This document shows, in pieces, positions 18,986 through 28,753 of a DNA stretch of 64,000 bases. The stretch is taken from positions 6,116 to 70,115 of IMG/VR virus record IMGVR_UViG_3300047552_000676, one strand, 5' to 3'. Within the stretch, counting starts at the first letter, position 1. Each line of letters opens with the position of its first letter. The position numbers and the translations under genes are program-made. The notes under the pieces are model-generated. The model saw only the letters and a program-made list of their open reading frames with translations, was not told the origin of the DNA and made no database searches. This DNA is from a virus.

Positions 18986-20409
18986 AGTGCCACCACAGTG
19001 TTTCCTATTTTAGCAAACTCTTGTGGCTTGCTAGACGGAGTGTGTTGAGTTGAAGCTACTGTGTTAGGAGCAGCTGAGGTCTTAGGCTTTGAGGGCTTTG
19101 CACTGGCATAATTCGTACGTTCTGTATCGTTACTAAACGCCAGCTTGTTTCTAGTGACTGCCATGTACTCTGCGACGTAGGTGGACTTCCCGCCGAAGTT
19201 CTTGCTAAGAGCGTCTACTGTCCCAGGTGTAAGGTCTGATATCTTTGCTCCGGGTCTACCTGCATTTAGAAGGACTTCTCTAGCGGCAGAGGGTCCAAGC
19301 TGGTGAACTAAGTAGAGGGCAACTGGATCGTTCTGATAGGCGGCTGGTAGATAACGAACGTTCTCTTTAGCAAGCAGCGCACCGCCTTCGATGTTTTGAT
19401 CTAAGTCAAAACGATCTTTCACCCCCATGTTAGAAGCGGTCTTACCTACGAACTGATAGATACCAATAGCGCCTGTGAACGAAATAGCGTTTTGATTTCC
19501 ACCGCTTTCCATAAGAGCTACTCGCTCCATGTACTCTTGACTGACCCCATGCTTCTTAGCGTAAACTTCGATTTTAGCCTGAACATTAGGTGGAAGACCC
19601 CCTCGAAGTGCCCCAGTGAAAACTTTCTTGGATTTTAGCTCGACGATGGTTTTTGCCTCGTCCTCAGTGTACGAGCCGTACTTTGACATAGTGTCAGCGC
19701 CACTAAAGCCCGTGAACTTATATTTGTGACGCATCCCACTCTTAGACTTTGATACCAGCTCAGCCGAGAGCGGTCCTAACTGCGCGGCAACTTTACCTAC
19801 TACCGGCTGAGGTACATTCTGATCCTGAAACTTGTATCTATCTTGAGGAGTAGTTTTTTGTTTAACCGCAGACGGCTCAGCCCCTTCTGCCTTACGAAAC
19901 TTTTCTTTTGCCTGCGGATCTGTTACAAGCTGACGGTTGTCTTGTAACTCTTTTCTACGTAAACCCTCTTTTGGAGATTCACCCGCTGTTGACGGCTTAC
20001 TCTCTTTTGGAGTGGGGCTTGATTTATTAGCGTTCAGTTCATCAAGACCAGGCGTTTCTTTTTGTTCCTCTGGATCAATAGGAAATCTACCATCTTGTAG
20101 AGTAGGGTCTAGAATGGGGCGAGCTTCGTCTAGACTCTTGTCCTTTTCATAGGCTTCTAATGTATCTTCCTCAGTTGACTGATCTTCAGGTAAGCCCTCA
20201 GGTTTAGAGTTTTCCCTGTAGTCTTTGTAGACTTTAACTGAAGCGAAGACAGTAGCTACTGCGGCTGCCCCCGCTATAGCCGTCACCAGCAGATTTGAGG
20301 ATACCCCACTGTCTTCGCTATCGTTATAACTCTCTAGGCGTTTGAACAGCGTCTGAGGGAGTAGAAAGAAACTCCTACGTCGCCTACGCGATACTGTTAA
20401 GTCGTCCAT
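18982..20409 (-). CDS. Virion-associated lytic transglycosylase (SLT domain) with an N-terminal hydrophobic helix
   Basis: ALMESGGNQNAISFTGAIGIYQF, DRFDLDQNI, LYLVHQLG. Confidence 0.85.
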   Translation of the reverse strand: MDDLTVSRRRRRSFFLLPQTLFKRLESYNDSEDSGVSSNLLVTAIAGAAAVATVFASVKVYKDYRENSKPEGLPEDQSTEEDTLEAYEKDKSLDEARPILDPTLQDGRFPIDPEEQKETPGLDELNANKSSPTPKESKPSTAGESPKEGLRRKELQDNRQLVTDPQAKEKFRKAEGAEPSAVKQKTTPQDRYKFQDQNVPQPVVGKVAAQLGPLSAELVSKSKSGMRHKYKFTGFSGADTMSKYGSYTEDEAKTIVELKSKKVFTGALRGGLPPNVQAKIEVYAKKHGVSQEYMERVALMESGGNQNAISFTGAIGIYQFVGKTASNMGVKDRFDLDQNIEGGALLAKENVRYLPAAYQNDPVALYLVHQLGPSAAREVLLNAGRPGAKISDLTPGTVDALSKNFGGKSTYVAEYMAVTRNKLAFSNDTERTNYASAKPSKPKTSAAPNTVASTQHTPSSKPQEFAKIGNTVVAL

Positions 20410-20410
20410 G

Positions 20411-22591
20411 TTAAGCGGCGTTGACTAGCCCCGATAGGTTTGCATACATTAGACCCTCTGACGCGTAAGAGAAGGCGGGCAGAGTAGACAGGCTGACTTT
20501 TCCTGCAGCATTCACTGGCGTCATAGGCGCTTGAGCTGGTGATTTAGAAACCGGCTCATCCGTTTCAGTTTTAACCTCGACTGGATTAGCTGCTCGTGGA
20601 TCGATCTGAGTAGGTGTTCTACTTACGGTAGAAGTCATAGCCGCAGGTGACATCTGCATTGGTGGCGCAGCAGCAGATACACTCGCAGAAGCTGGCGTAG
20701 GTGGCTCTACGCTATTCAATAATGGATCTGTCGCCACGCGGTTAACTGGGGAGTTTAACATCGCGTTTGCTTTGTCATCTGCCCCTGTAGCTGCCGCGAT
20801 AGCATCCATCAGCGGAGTACTTACTGCATTATAGACAGGATTGTTACCAGCAGCTTTTACTGCGTCACCAATCATGCTCTTGCCTTTGCTAAACATATCA
20901 ACAAGCCATTCCAGACCGTCTTGAATTTGAGTAGCAAATTTTTCGTAGAAGGCGTTACCAGCAGCGAATCCAAGAGCGCCTGCACCCAAGACCGCGCCAA
21001 CAGGCCCAAGGATAGGCATCAGAGTGCGGATCATTGGCAGGATCTTAGCTAGAGCAGCCGGAGCCTTTTGCGCGACTTTCCATCCGTACTTAAGCGCAGT
21101 TCCTGCTGCGCCTACGAGAACTCGGCCAGCGGTTTTGATACCCTTCCAGGCTAGGGATAGAGCGCTAGTCACCAGAGGCATCAGGAAGCGCATTAGGCCT
21201 CCGGACATGAACTGCTTCAGTAGACCGCCAATACCACCCAGCAGCCCCTTGCCAGATCCTTTGCCTTTCTTGGTCAGTTCACGAGCTATCTGACTGAGAA
21301 CCTGTAGTTGCCTACGTCTGTCACTAGACTCTGCGTTCTCGTCCATAGCCGCTTGCGACAGTTCAGACTCAGTCTTATTCGAAGATATAGACGGTTTCTG
21401 TCTAGATACAGCCGACTTCAGTAGCCGAAGCATCTTATCGTTCTGGCTTGCTATTCTAAAGATAGCGCCAGTAAGCCTGCGGGAAAGACGACGTTCTAAC
21501 GCCCGATCAGCTTCCTCGAACTGTGGGTCTACTCTGACTTCTAGCGGCTGGTTATCTGAGCGGCTTTCTGGTTGAGGCCTAGATCTGTTCATACGGCTTA
21601 GAACCGCGAGTACTCGATCTACTTTGCGTACTAACCGACGCAGAAGCTTTGATAACTTTGCGTGTGACGAATGTTCTTTGGTTTCAGTTCGGACTTCCTG
21701 GGGCTGAACTTCGGGCTCCATAAGATTGTCCTTTTCATCGACAATCCTACGCTCTGGCCGACTGATCTTTATAGAGTTTACTAGGCGGTTTTGTACGCGC
21801 TCAGCACCACGCGAGAAGGCTTTATACCCACGATATATAGAGCGAGCACCCCGAAGAATACCCCCTAGGTTGACAGTGCTGAGAAGACGCTCTGCACCAC
21901 TGAACATACCTGAGGCTATCTTTTCCATAGTACGCATACGCGCAATGGACTGCTCCCCAGCAGATTCCATAGCCGACTTCATGCGGTCGCTTACACGATA
22001 GTTGTGCTTGACGTCCTTTAGCTTGGACATCACATCGTGATACACCGTGTAGTTGTCGTTATGCAGCGCAGTGAGTCCCTTGAGCAAGTCTGCTCGGAGC
22101 TCGTCTAGGTTTTTGTCATTGCGTTCAGAAGCTACCTTGGATACCAGCTTAAACTGCCCAGAGATCTGCGCCAAGAATTCCTTACGGTTTTCTAACGCGG
22201 CTCTCTTTGTAGCGCCTACCTCGACACGTCGAACAGCTTTTTCACCAGGTTGAAATGATAGGCCGATCTTAGTGATTTCTTTTTCGACAGACTTGATCCG
22301 CTCAAGAACAGCTTTTTGCGCGGTCTTTGCGTGATCACTACGCTCGCTATGACGCTCCACCATTTTCTGGTAAGCGTCAAATACCTTCTTCAGCTCCTTG
22401 GCTAGTTTGGAAAGGTGACTAGCCGACTTCGCATCTGGGGCGATTTTGATGCCTACTTCGATACGATCCATCCGCTTCCGCAGCGTTTCGAAGGTCTTAT
22501 CGCTAATACCTTCCTTTGCGGCTTCTGCCAGGATATCCCCCATCAGGCGTTGAAAAGCTTTCCGGCTATCACGTTTTCCAAACAAGGCCAT
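20411..22591 (-). CDS. Tape-measure-like protein
   Basis: 726 aa, helical, with G/A-rich hydrophobic segments; downstream of the tail chaperone. Confidence 0.65.
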   Translation of the reverse strand: MALFGKRDSRKAFQRLMGDILAEAAKEGISDKTFETLRKRMDRIEVGIKIAPDAKSASHLSKLAKELKKVFDAYQKMVERHSERSDHAKTAQKAVLERIKSVEKEITKIGLSFQPGEKAVRRVEVGATKRAALENRKEFLAQISGQFKLVSKVASERNDKNLDELRADLLKGLTALHNDNYTVYHDVMSKLKDVKHNYRVSDRMKSAMESAGEQSIARMRTMEKIASGMFSGAERLLSTVNLGGILRGARSIYRGYKAFSRGAERVQNRLVNSIKISRPERRIVDEKDNLMEPEVQPQEVRTETKEHSSHAKLSKLLRRLVRKVDRVLAVLSRMNRSRPQPESRSDNQPLEVRVDPQFEEADRALERRLSRRLTGAIFRIASQNDKMLRLLKSAVSRQKPSISSNKTESELSQAAMDENAESSDRRRQLQVLSQIARELTKKGKGSGKGLLGGIGGLLKQFMSGGLMRFLMPLVTSALSLAWKGIKTAGRVLVGAAGTALKYGWKVAQKAPAALAKILPMIRTLMPILGPVGAVLGAGALGFAAGNAFYEKFATQIQDGLEWLVDMFSKGKSMIGDAVKAAGNNPVYNAVSTPLMDAIAAATGADDKANAMLNSPVNRVATDPLLNSVEPPTPASASVSAAAPPMQMSPAAMTSTVSRTPTQIDPRAANPVEVKTETDEPVSKSPAQAPMTPVNAAGKVSLSTLPAFSYASEGLMYANLSGLVNAA

Positions 22592-22592
22592 G

Positions 22593-22757
22593 CTACTTGC
22601 TCCGCTTGTTATACTCTCTTACTCTAGCTGCTTCTGCGACTTCCGCCAGATACAGGAAGTTCCTTAATGGCGTTGACATAGGATCTACATAAATACGAAA
22701 CTCCTCAACTATAAGTTTCGTAGCTTTCATTATATAGTCCATCGTAACATCTTTAAA
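22593..22757 (-). CDS. C-terminal frame of the tail assembly chaperone (reached by +1 frameshift, or from ATG at 22742)
   Basis: Open frame FKDVTMDYIMKATKLIVEEFRIY...KRSK* between the chaperone and the tape measure; missed by the ORF track. Confidence 0.65.
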   Translation of the reverse strand, partial: FKDVTMDYIMKATKLIVEEFRIYVDPMSTPLRNFLYLAEVAEAARVREYNKRSK

Positions 22758-23688
22758 GAAAATCGTGCGCTGTAATAGAGACTTCCGTCTCGACTACAGC
22801 GCCACACTCCTTGCATCGCGTTGAAACAGTTTCTTCCACACCGTAGTTAGTAGCTGCGGTCAAATACGTTTCCAAGTCTTTAATCTGAAAAGTAGTGAGC
22901 TCACGCACCGTTTCTATACGTTTCGTCAGAGGCACCCACTCTCCATCCAGTCTAGCAAGACACCCGGCGTAGTCAGCCAGGAATTCGATCTCTTGGAAAT
23001 CAGGCAGGTCGACCAGCTCTTCCAGTTCAATAGAGTCTTTCATCCTAGGGGCAGTCAGCTTGTAGCCTAAGGCATTGAAAGCTGACTGGTCTACTGACTC
23101 CATAATCGAGATGGACTCTTTACTAAGCAGAGACTCCTTGAGCTCAGACTTCTTAACGATAGCAACTGTCACCAACGATTCCTGAGTCTTCTCACCCGCT
23201 TGCACTTGCGACAAGTGCGTAGGATTCATACAAATAGCTCTGTATGTAAGACTGTTCTCTGGATAAAAGTTGACTCGCAGGTAGTACAGCAGCCAGAAGA
23301 AGTCTGGCGTGGTGAGATACTCCGCAGGTACGTTATCCCCTAGCAAAGAAGTAACCGCCTCTACTGCTAGCTTTGTGGACTCCAGCTTGGCTGCTCTGTG
23401 AAACTTTGCTTGATGGGAACCCTTCACAGGGGAAACAGAAAGCGTCTTCAACCCACCATAGAAATAGAACTTCGAAGGTAGATCAACGCTGATATAGTTA
23501 GGATCAGTCTCGGCTTGTGTGACTGCCTTCTTTTGAATAGGATCCGGGGATTCTTCAAAGTCTTCGTCTGCCAGAGTAATCGTTGGAATAGATTTCTTAG
23601 GGGGCGAAGTAGTGGACGCCGCTTTGTTTCGCGAAGGAAGCGGGTAGGTGACGCGAGAAACTTCCTCGCTAGGGGTGTCGTCTGACAT
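22753..23688 (-). CDS. Tail/baseplate assembly chaperone (T4 gp26-like)
   Basis: VDLPS, LTTPDFFWLLYYLR, C-terminal CKEC...HDFL*. Confidence 0.75.
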   Translation of the reverse strand: MSDDTPSEEVSRVTYPLPSRNKAASTTSPPKKSIPTITLADEDFEESPDPIQKKAVTQAETDPNYISVDLPSKFYFYGGLKTLSVSPVKGSHQAKFHRAAKLESTKLAVEAVTSLLGDNVPAEYLTTPDFFWLLYYLRVNFYPENSLTYRAICMNPTHLSQVQAGEKTQESLVTVAIVKKSELKESLLSKESISIMESVDQSAFNALGYKLTAPRMKDSIELEELVDLPDFQEIEFLADYAGCLARLDGEWVPLTKRIETVRELTTFQIKDLETYLTAATNYGVEETVSTRCKECGAVVETEVSITAHDFL

Positions 23689-23707
23689 GATTCAACCTCA
23701 CAGGGTG

Positions 23708-24580
23708 TTAAAAGAACTTACGAAGTGATCCCATAACTTTGGCTACTGACTGCTGTCGAATAGTTTCAGCCTGAGATGTCACATAGGTGCTAGCAATAGA
23801 CTTGATACGTCCAGCGATGCTATTAGGGTCTAGCGAGTTAGGTGCGGCCGGATTAAACACGGTACGCTGATTCTGACCAAAGAAATCCGCATCAGCAACG
23901 TCTATGGCAATATCATCTACTGACAAGTCTAGTTGCGTTACGATAGGATTGGATCCATTGCCATCTAGAGTGTAAGAAGGCAGTGAGGAGGGGAAGCATC
24001 CGATAAACGTGAAGGTGTATAGTGCTATCTTTGCTGGATCAAAGAACACTACTTGCACGTTCTTCTTGTATTCTTTAGGCAATCTAAAATCCCCGTTACG
24101 AGAATTATAGGTAGCATTGAACCAAGAGGACGCAAATTTTACAGCCTTACCTGTTCGATCCGTATAGAGCGATATAGTAAGGTTGTCAACAGAAAGCGGA
24201 CCTGCGTAATTCTTTTCGATACCAGATCTGTACACGGTCCTTGGCTGTATGCGCAAGGAAGCAGTCTGCACTGCGTCAATGTAGTAGGGATCAATTGTTG
24301 AAGCGTTAGACCCCTCTGGATCTACTACGAAGGCTAACCAATCAACTGAAAGTATGGGATCACTTCGACCTGCTAGTTTAGCTAGCGTTCCACCTTCTAC
24401 TACAGAAGGAAGATCGGGGGAGCTACGCTGAGTAGGATCCCCCAATCCAGTGGCGGAGAAGATAGCGTTTCTAGCCGTGTTGACTAGCGAGGCTGAAGTG
24501 TTCTTGACAAACTTGTCGATGTTAGCGGCAGGGTTCACGTAACCTCTTACGAAGTTATCCGCGAAGTTGCCTATTCCCAT
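23708..24580 (-). CDS. Tail-tube-like / tube initiator protein (gp54-like)
   Basis: LPKEYKKNVQV, FIGCFP tube-fold motifs. Confidence 0.7.
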   Translation of the reverse strand: MGIGNFADNFVRGYVNPAANIDKFVKNTSASLVNTARNAIFSATGLGDPTQRSSPDLPSVVEGGTLAKLAGRSDPILSVDWLAFVVDPEGSNASTIDPYYIDAVQTASLRIQPRTVYRSGIEKNYAGPLSVDNLTISLYTDRTGKAVKFASSWFNATYNSRNGDFRLPKEYKKNVQVVFFDPAKIALYTFTFIGCFPSSLPSYTLDGNGSNPIVTQLDLSVDDIAIDVADADFFGQNQRTVFNPAAPNSLDPNSIAGRIKSIASTYVTSQAETIRQQSVAKVMGSLRKFF

Positions 24581-24583
24581 TGG

Positions 24584-24871
24584 TTATGCTCTCTTTACTC
24601 GCTTTTCATCAATAAAAAACATACGAGACCCAACCTTTATATGGTATCCCCACATTTTCTTAGTCGCGTGATATTCCCAAGAACCATCGGGCAATTCCTT
24701 TATGGCTGGTTCCTGAACCCTTTTTGAAGTCGTTTTTCCAGTGAAATTGCTTTCACCAAATTTGAACGTCACCTCTGTTCCGACTGAAATATCCGAGTCC
24801 GCACGTATATCTGAAAAACCGGCTTGAGCCTGAATACGCTGAGCAGCGTTAGTCCTGACGCTAGTGATCAT
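24584..24871 (-). CDS. Hypothetical protein
   Basis: 95 aa ORF in the tail operon. Confidence 0.55.
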   Translation of the reverse strand: MITSVRTNAAQRIQAQAGFSDIRADSDISVGTEVTFKFGESNFTGKTTSKRVQEPAIKELPDGSWEYHATKKMWGYHIKVGSRMFFIDEKRVKRA

Positions 24872-24873
24872 GA

Positions 24874-25377
24874 TTAGATTTCTGTAGTGTAATCGTACGA
24901 GAAGGTGACAGAGTACTGAACGATACCACTGGATTGGTCTAACGTGGCATCCCCAACGTTGATAGGGAAGGCGTTTTCCAACTGAATCAGCCGGGCTTGT
25001 AGTGGGATGTCGTCGTACATCGTAAGCTGCACCGGAACAGCATACTGGCTCTTATAGGAACCTGAGTTATTAACCCAGGAACGAGCTGCCTCTTGCCACC
25101 CTATTAACAGTCCACGGGAGTTAGCATCCCGGGACTCCACAAAGGTGCAATCCCATGTCTGCGTCCAGACTCGACGACCAGCATAGTTAAGCTGGATGCC
25201 ATGAGCCTCCAGCTTAACTTGTTCTAGTTGTGAGCCTGGCAGCACGGTTGAAATGCATTTAGTAGTTAGGCCGCGAGCATCCGCGGACCCAGGTACACGG
25301 GCAAATAGAACGTCCCAGTTCCATGTTTGTAGAACGTCCAGAATGCCAACAGTTTCTTGAAGACCACTTCTTGCCAT
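24874..25377 (-). CDS. Tail tube protein
   Basis: YAGRRVW, LENAFP, VTFSYDY; directly downstream of the sheath. Confidence 0.85.
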   Translation of the reverse strand: MARSGLQETVGILDVLQTWNWDVLFARVPGSADARGLTTKCISTVLPGSQLEQVKLEAHGIQLNYAGRRVWTQTWDCTFVESRDANSRGLLIGWQEAARSWVNNSGSYKSQYAVPVQLTMYDDIPLQARLIQLENAFPINVGDATLDQSSGIVQYSVTFSYDYTTEI

Positions 25378-25398
25378 GATTTAAAGTCCTTAGTAATT

Positions 25399-27330
25399 TC
25401 AGAAACTGGCAATGTCTGACTCGGTGACTTCTAAGCCTTCCTTGCTTAGAACCAGAGTAAGGCGGATTTCGCGAACAGCCAGGATAGGTACGATCACCAC
25501 GGCGATTGCCAGGATACCGGAGTTAACCAGCGAAGACGGATTGTTCGTGCTATCAATGACAACTCTATAGCTGCTAATGCCGCGCAGAGACTTCACTAGC
25601 TTTAGGAACTCTTCCAAGCCCAGCTTAAGTTGACGACGCAGGATATCGTCACCCGGCTCCTGCAGGCCATACAGCAAGAAGTCGTACATCGAACGCTTCA
25701 GCAGGTTGCAAAGGAAGCGAACGTTCAGGAACTGAAGGGCAGAGTTGCGGTTATACAGCGTGCTCTGTTCCCACAGCGGAATACCCTTGCCCACGAACTT
25801 GCGCATGTAGTTAACTTGCGCTTGGAACAGACGGGTGGAGTCCGTATCGTTGAACGACGTGCGAACATCGATTGCGTCTGTAAGGCCGCGATTCAGACCA
25901 GCGATAGAGAACCATGGCTGAGCCACTCTAGAAGTGCGAGCGTACAAGCCAGCCATAGCCCCCGAGGGTGGGACATATAACATCTTGCCGTTGACCGGGT
26001 CCATCTCTAGCAAGTCTGAAGCGAACAGCGCAGCGTAGCTGGAATTCAGGTTCAGTGTCAGGTTGCGGAAGTCGATAGCTGCCTGAGCGGTCTGTGCGTT
26101 AGAGGGCACATCCAGAAACGCAACCGCATCTCCACGTGTACGGGCGACTTCTTCCAACTTGCGCATGAAAGAAACGTCAGAGCGACCGTTGGAAGTAATA
26201 ACGTCAACCGTGTAGAGTTCCTTGTTAAGGATCTCAGCTACTGCTGAATTCAGGTCGGAAGTAAGCGGAGCGGAGCCAGAGGCACCACCATCCAGGTTCA
26301 CCGGAGTCACCACTGACTTCACACTAGGTGTTGACAGCAATGAGAACACGTTGGATTCAACCCGAATGTACTTTGAGAATGGATTCACGCGTTGCGTGAT
26401 TTCCATTTGAGCCCCGATCTCATCCACTTGTTCTGTGACGGAGCACAAGAAGCTTTCTACAGGCTTAGTAGAAGACTGTGCGGTGTCATACACGTTTAGG
26501 GTAAAGATTGGAGAGGGCGTCGGCAGATCACCAGGATCAGTGATAGGATCAAACGCGCCGTCCGGGGTAATTACCCCCAAGTCCGTATACGAAGTAGTAG
26601 CACCACCTACAGAAGCGATGCGACCTATAGAACCAGTGACGCGGCCGTAGATATAGTACCCTAGAGCACCCGGAACAGCCGTCCAAGTGATAGTGTTGGA
26701 ACTAGCGGTCTCACCACCCGGAACAGCAATCGTGACTTCCGAAGAAGCCAGAGCTTCGCCGTTTTCACCGATAGCAGCTACACGGTACTTGTAAGAGCCA
26801 GTAGCCAGAGATCCAGTATCCACTTCTGTGGTTGCAGCCACACCAGTAACCTGGTTCAGGTCAGCAGACTCGATGGACACGGCGATGTTATCACCGTAGG
26901 AACCTTGACCACGCTTGGAAGTCACAAGGTAAAGGGCAACGTCACCAACGCCGATGTAGTCGTCCCACTGTGGATCCGTAGGATCGACAACGCCAGCAGA
27001 GATACCACCGATAGAGGTAACACCGGCGGAGGAGTTCTTGACGATAGCCCCAGAGTACAGCGCACCTGAACCTACGACGCGACGAGCCCAGAGACCGTTA
27101 CCTTCTTTGAAGTAGTCTGCGGCTGCGTAGTGGTCAAAAGAAACCGAGGCTTTCGGATATCCCCAGTCAAACGTAAAGTTGTCGGGGCTGGAGTAGAAGG
27201 TCCAGTCAGTAGGTCCTTGGCTGGAAATACCGACGAAGCCCATATAGGCGTTAGAGTTGGATACAATCGAAGAAGTTAGGTCGACTTCGTTGATTCGAAC
27301 ATCAGCAGCTTGTCTGTTAGCAGAAGCCAT
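25399..27330 (-). CDS. Tail sheath protein
   Basis: RINEVDLT, YVPPSG, WFSIAGLNRG, LQFLNVR motifs; FN3-like insertion. Confidence 0.92.
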   Translation of the reverse strand: MASANRQAADVRINEVDLTSSIVSNSNAYMGFVGISSQGPTDWTFYSSPDNFTFDWGYPKASVSFDHYAAADYFKEGNGLWARRVVGSGALYSGAIVKNSSAGVTSIGGISAGVVDPTDPQWDDYIGVGDVALYLVTSKRGQGSYGDNIAVSIESADLNQVTGVAATTEVDTGSLATGSYKYRVAAIGENGEALASSEVTIAVPGGETASSNTITWTAVPGALGYYIYGRVTGSIGRIASVGGATTSYTDLGVITPDGAFDPITDPGDLPTPSPIFTLNVYDTAQSSTKPVESFLCSVTEQVDEIGAQMEITQRVNPFSKYIRVESNVFSLLSTPSVKSVVTPVNLDGGASGSAPLTSDLNSAVAEILNKELYTVDVITSNGRSDVSFMRKLEEVARTRGDAVAFLDVPSNAQTAQAAIDFRNLTLNLNSSYAALFASDLLEMDPVNGKMLYVPPSGAMAGLYARTSRVAQPWFSIAGLNRGLTDAIDVRTSFNDTDSTRLFQAQVNYMRKFVGKGIPLWEQSTLYNRNSALQFLNVRFLCNLLKRSMYDFLLYGLQEPGDDILRRQLKLGLEEFLKLVKSLRGISSYRVVIDSTNNPSSLVNSGILAIAVVIVPILAVREIRLTLVLSKEGLEVTESDIASF

Positions 27331-27339
27331 GTTTTACCT

Positions 27340-27627
27340 TTACTTTTTCTGTGTGAATTTAGCCGGCTCGCTAGGTGCAGGAGCAGGTGTTTCGACAGCA
27401 GCGACAGTCGGCACGATAGGGGCTAACGGGCGCTGACTCAGGAACTTTTTGTTCAGAGCTAGAAACTCCGGGTGGACAACATACCCATGTGGCAGCTTAG
27501 TCGCAGCTTTCGGCTGGATAAACATTGAGTCTGTTTTCTTCGAAGCTTCGTTCACGATTTTCACCGCTACTTGATAGTCGCTTCTATTGATGACTTGCAT
27601 TTGCATAGAACTATCCTTGATGGACAA
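27340..27627 (-). CDS. Hypothetical protein
   Basis: Small ORF upstream of the sheath. Confidence 0.55.
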   Translation of the reverse strand: MSIKDSSMQMQVINRSDYQVAVKIVNEASKKTDSMFIQPKAATKLPHGYVVHPEFLALNKKFLSQRPLAPIVPTVAAVETPAPAPSEPAKFTQKK

Positions 27628-27958
27628 AAAGGTTTACAGATTCCGTACCAGAGTTCGTAAACTCTATTGACTTGTATCCTGCGTCAAGCAATAGAGCTTT
27701 GTTCACGGTGATGGTCTTAGTTGAGTTATCACTAAACGTGATCAGCGCGGAGAGTGCCGCCGAAGTTCTTACCAGAATAACTGCGGGGGTTTCGCTCACG
27801 GGTTCAACGAGTTTACTATCAGTAGGGGCTATCGTGTAGCTAGCAGCAAATGCAGTTTCGTCTGCGGCTGGATAGTTGATAGCAAACGACGCAGTATTCC
27901 GTCGGATGTTGTTATCCGCCTGCTGAACTCGAATATCTATTAGAGTGGCTTTGGACAT
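27611..27958 (-). CDS. Hypothetical virion protein (start probably MSKATL at 27958)
   Basis: Beta-rich ORF in the structural operon. Confidence 0.55.
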   Translation of the reverse strand: MSKATLIDIRVQQADNNIRRNTASFAINYPAADETAFAASYTIAPTDSKLVEPVSETPAVILVRTSAALSALITFSDNSTKTITVNKALLLDAGYKSIEFTNSGTESVNLFVHQG

Positions 27959-27966
27959 AAAATTGG

Positions 27967-28743
27967 TTAGGAATACTCTAGAGTATACGCCCAAGTGATG
28001 GGTGAAACGAAATCCCCTCCGGACTGCGCGGCGTCTATTTGTAGAGTAAAGGTTAGAGTAGATAACCCTGGAGTAGAGAGGATGGACTTCGTGTAAACAA
28101 AGGTGGCCTCAGCGCTTCCTGACCCAGGAACAATAGAGAATAGGTTCGTAGGGTAGGCCTCGTCTAGGTAAGGTTCTAGTGGGCCACAGTTGGTTAGACT
28201 AGCTGACCAATCGGAATCCAGGGAACCAAACAATGGAGACCAATCTACTAGATGCCCCTCGGCAGTTCTTTCAGTATCGACTAGGAACACTGCTAATGCT
28301 GCTCGTGGTCCAGATAGACTGCCAGACTTGGTGAATTGCTTAAGAGGTATCGGATTGTTTACATCCTCTGCTATCCATAATTCCTGTTGAGGAACAACCG
28401 AGTAGCCCTCCAAGTTAGCTATGACTGAGAACTCATTTGAAGCTGTAACTTCGTTTCCGTATACGTCTACAATCTTTGCTGAGTAAGTTAGTCCTACACC
28501 GTCTGGTGGATAATCGTAAGGGTCTAGACCTGAGTCGAGTTTTTGATACGAAAGAGGGGATACTGCTTCTGCTGTGCCAATGTATACATTCTCACTTATT
28601 TGGGTGTCTGTATTTATATCCCAAGCGGTCCTATATACTCGAATACTTCTATTCGGAGGTAAGGCACTAGACAGCGAGCACACAACGAGAGTCTTTGCAG
28701 ACACTGCCAAATAGCTCTCTGTTTTCTTTACTGCTTCTAGCAT
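27967..28743 (-). CDS. Putative virion structural protein
   Basis: Acidic, beta-rich; resembles the C-terminal part of the upstream 512-aa ORF. Confidence 0.55.
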   Translation of the reverse strand: MLEAVKKTESYLAVSAKTLVVCSLSSALPPNRSIRVYRTAWDINTDTQISENVYIGTAEAVSPLSYQKLDSGLDPYDYPPDGVGLTYSAKIVDVYGNEVTASNEFSVIANLEGYSVVPQQELWIAEDVNNPIPLKQFTKSGSLSGPRAALAVFLVDTERTAEGHLVDWSPLFGSLDSDWSASLTNCGPLEPYLDEAYPTNLFSIVPGSGSAEATFVYTKSILSTPGLSTLTFTLQIDAAQSGGDFVSPITWAYTLEYS

Positions 28744-28753
28744 GCTAATCCCT

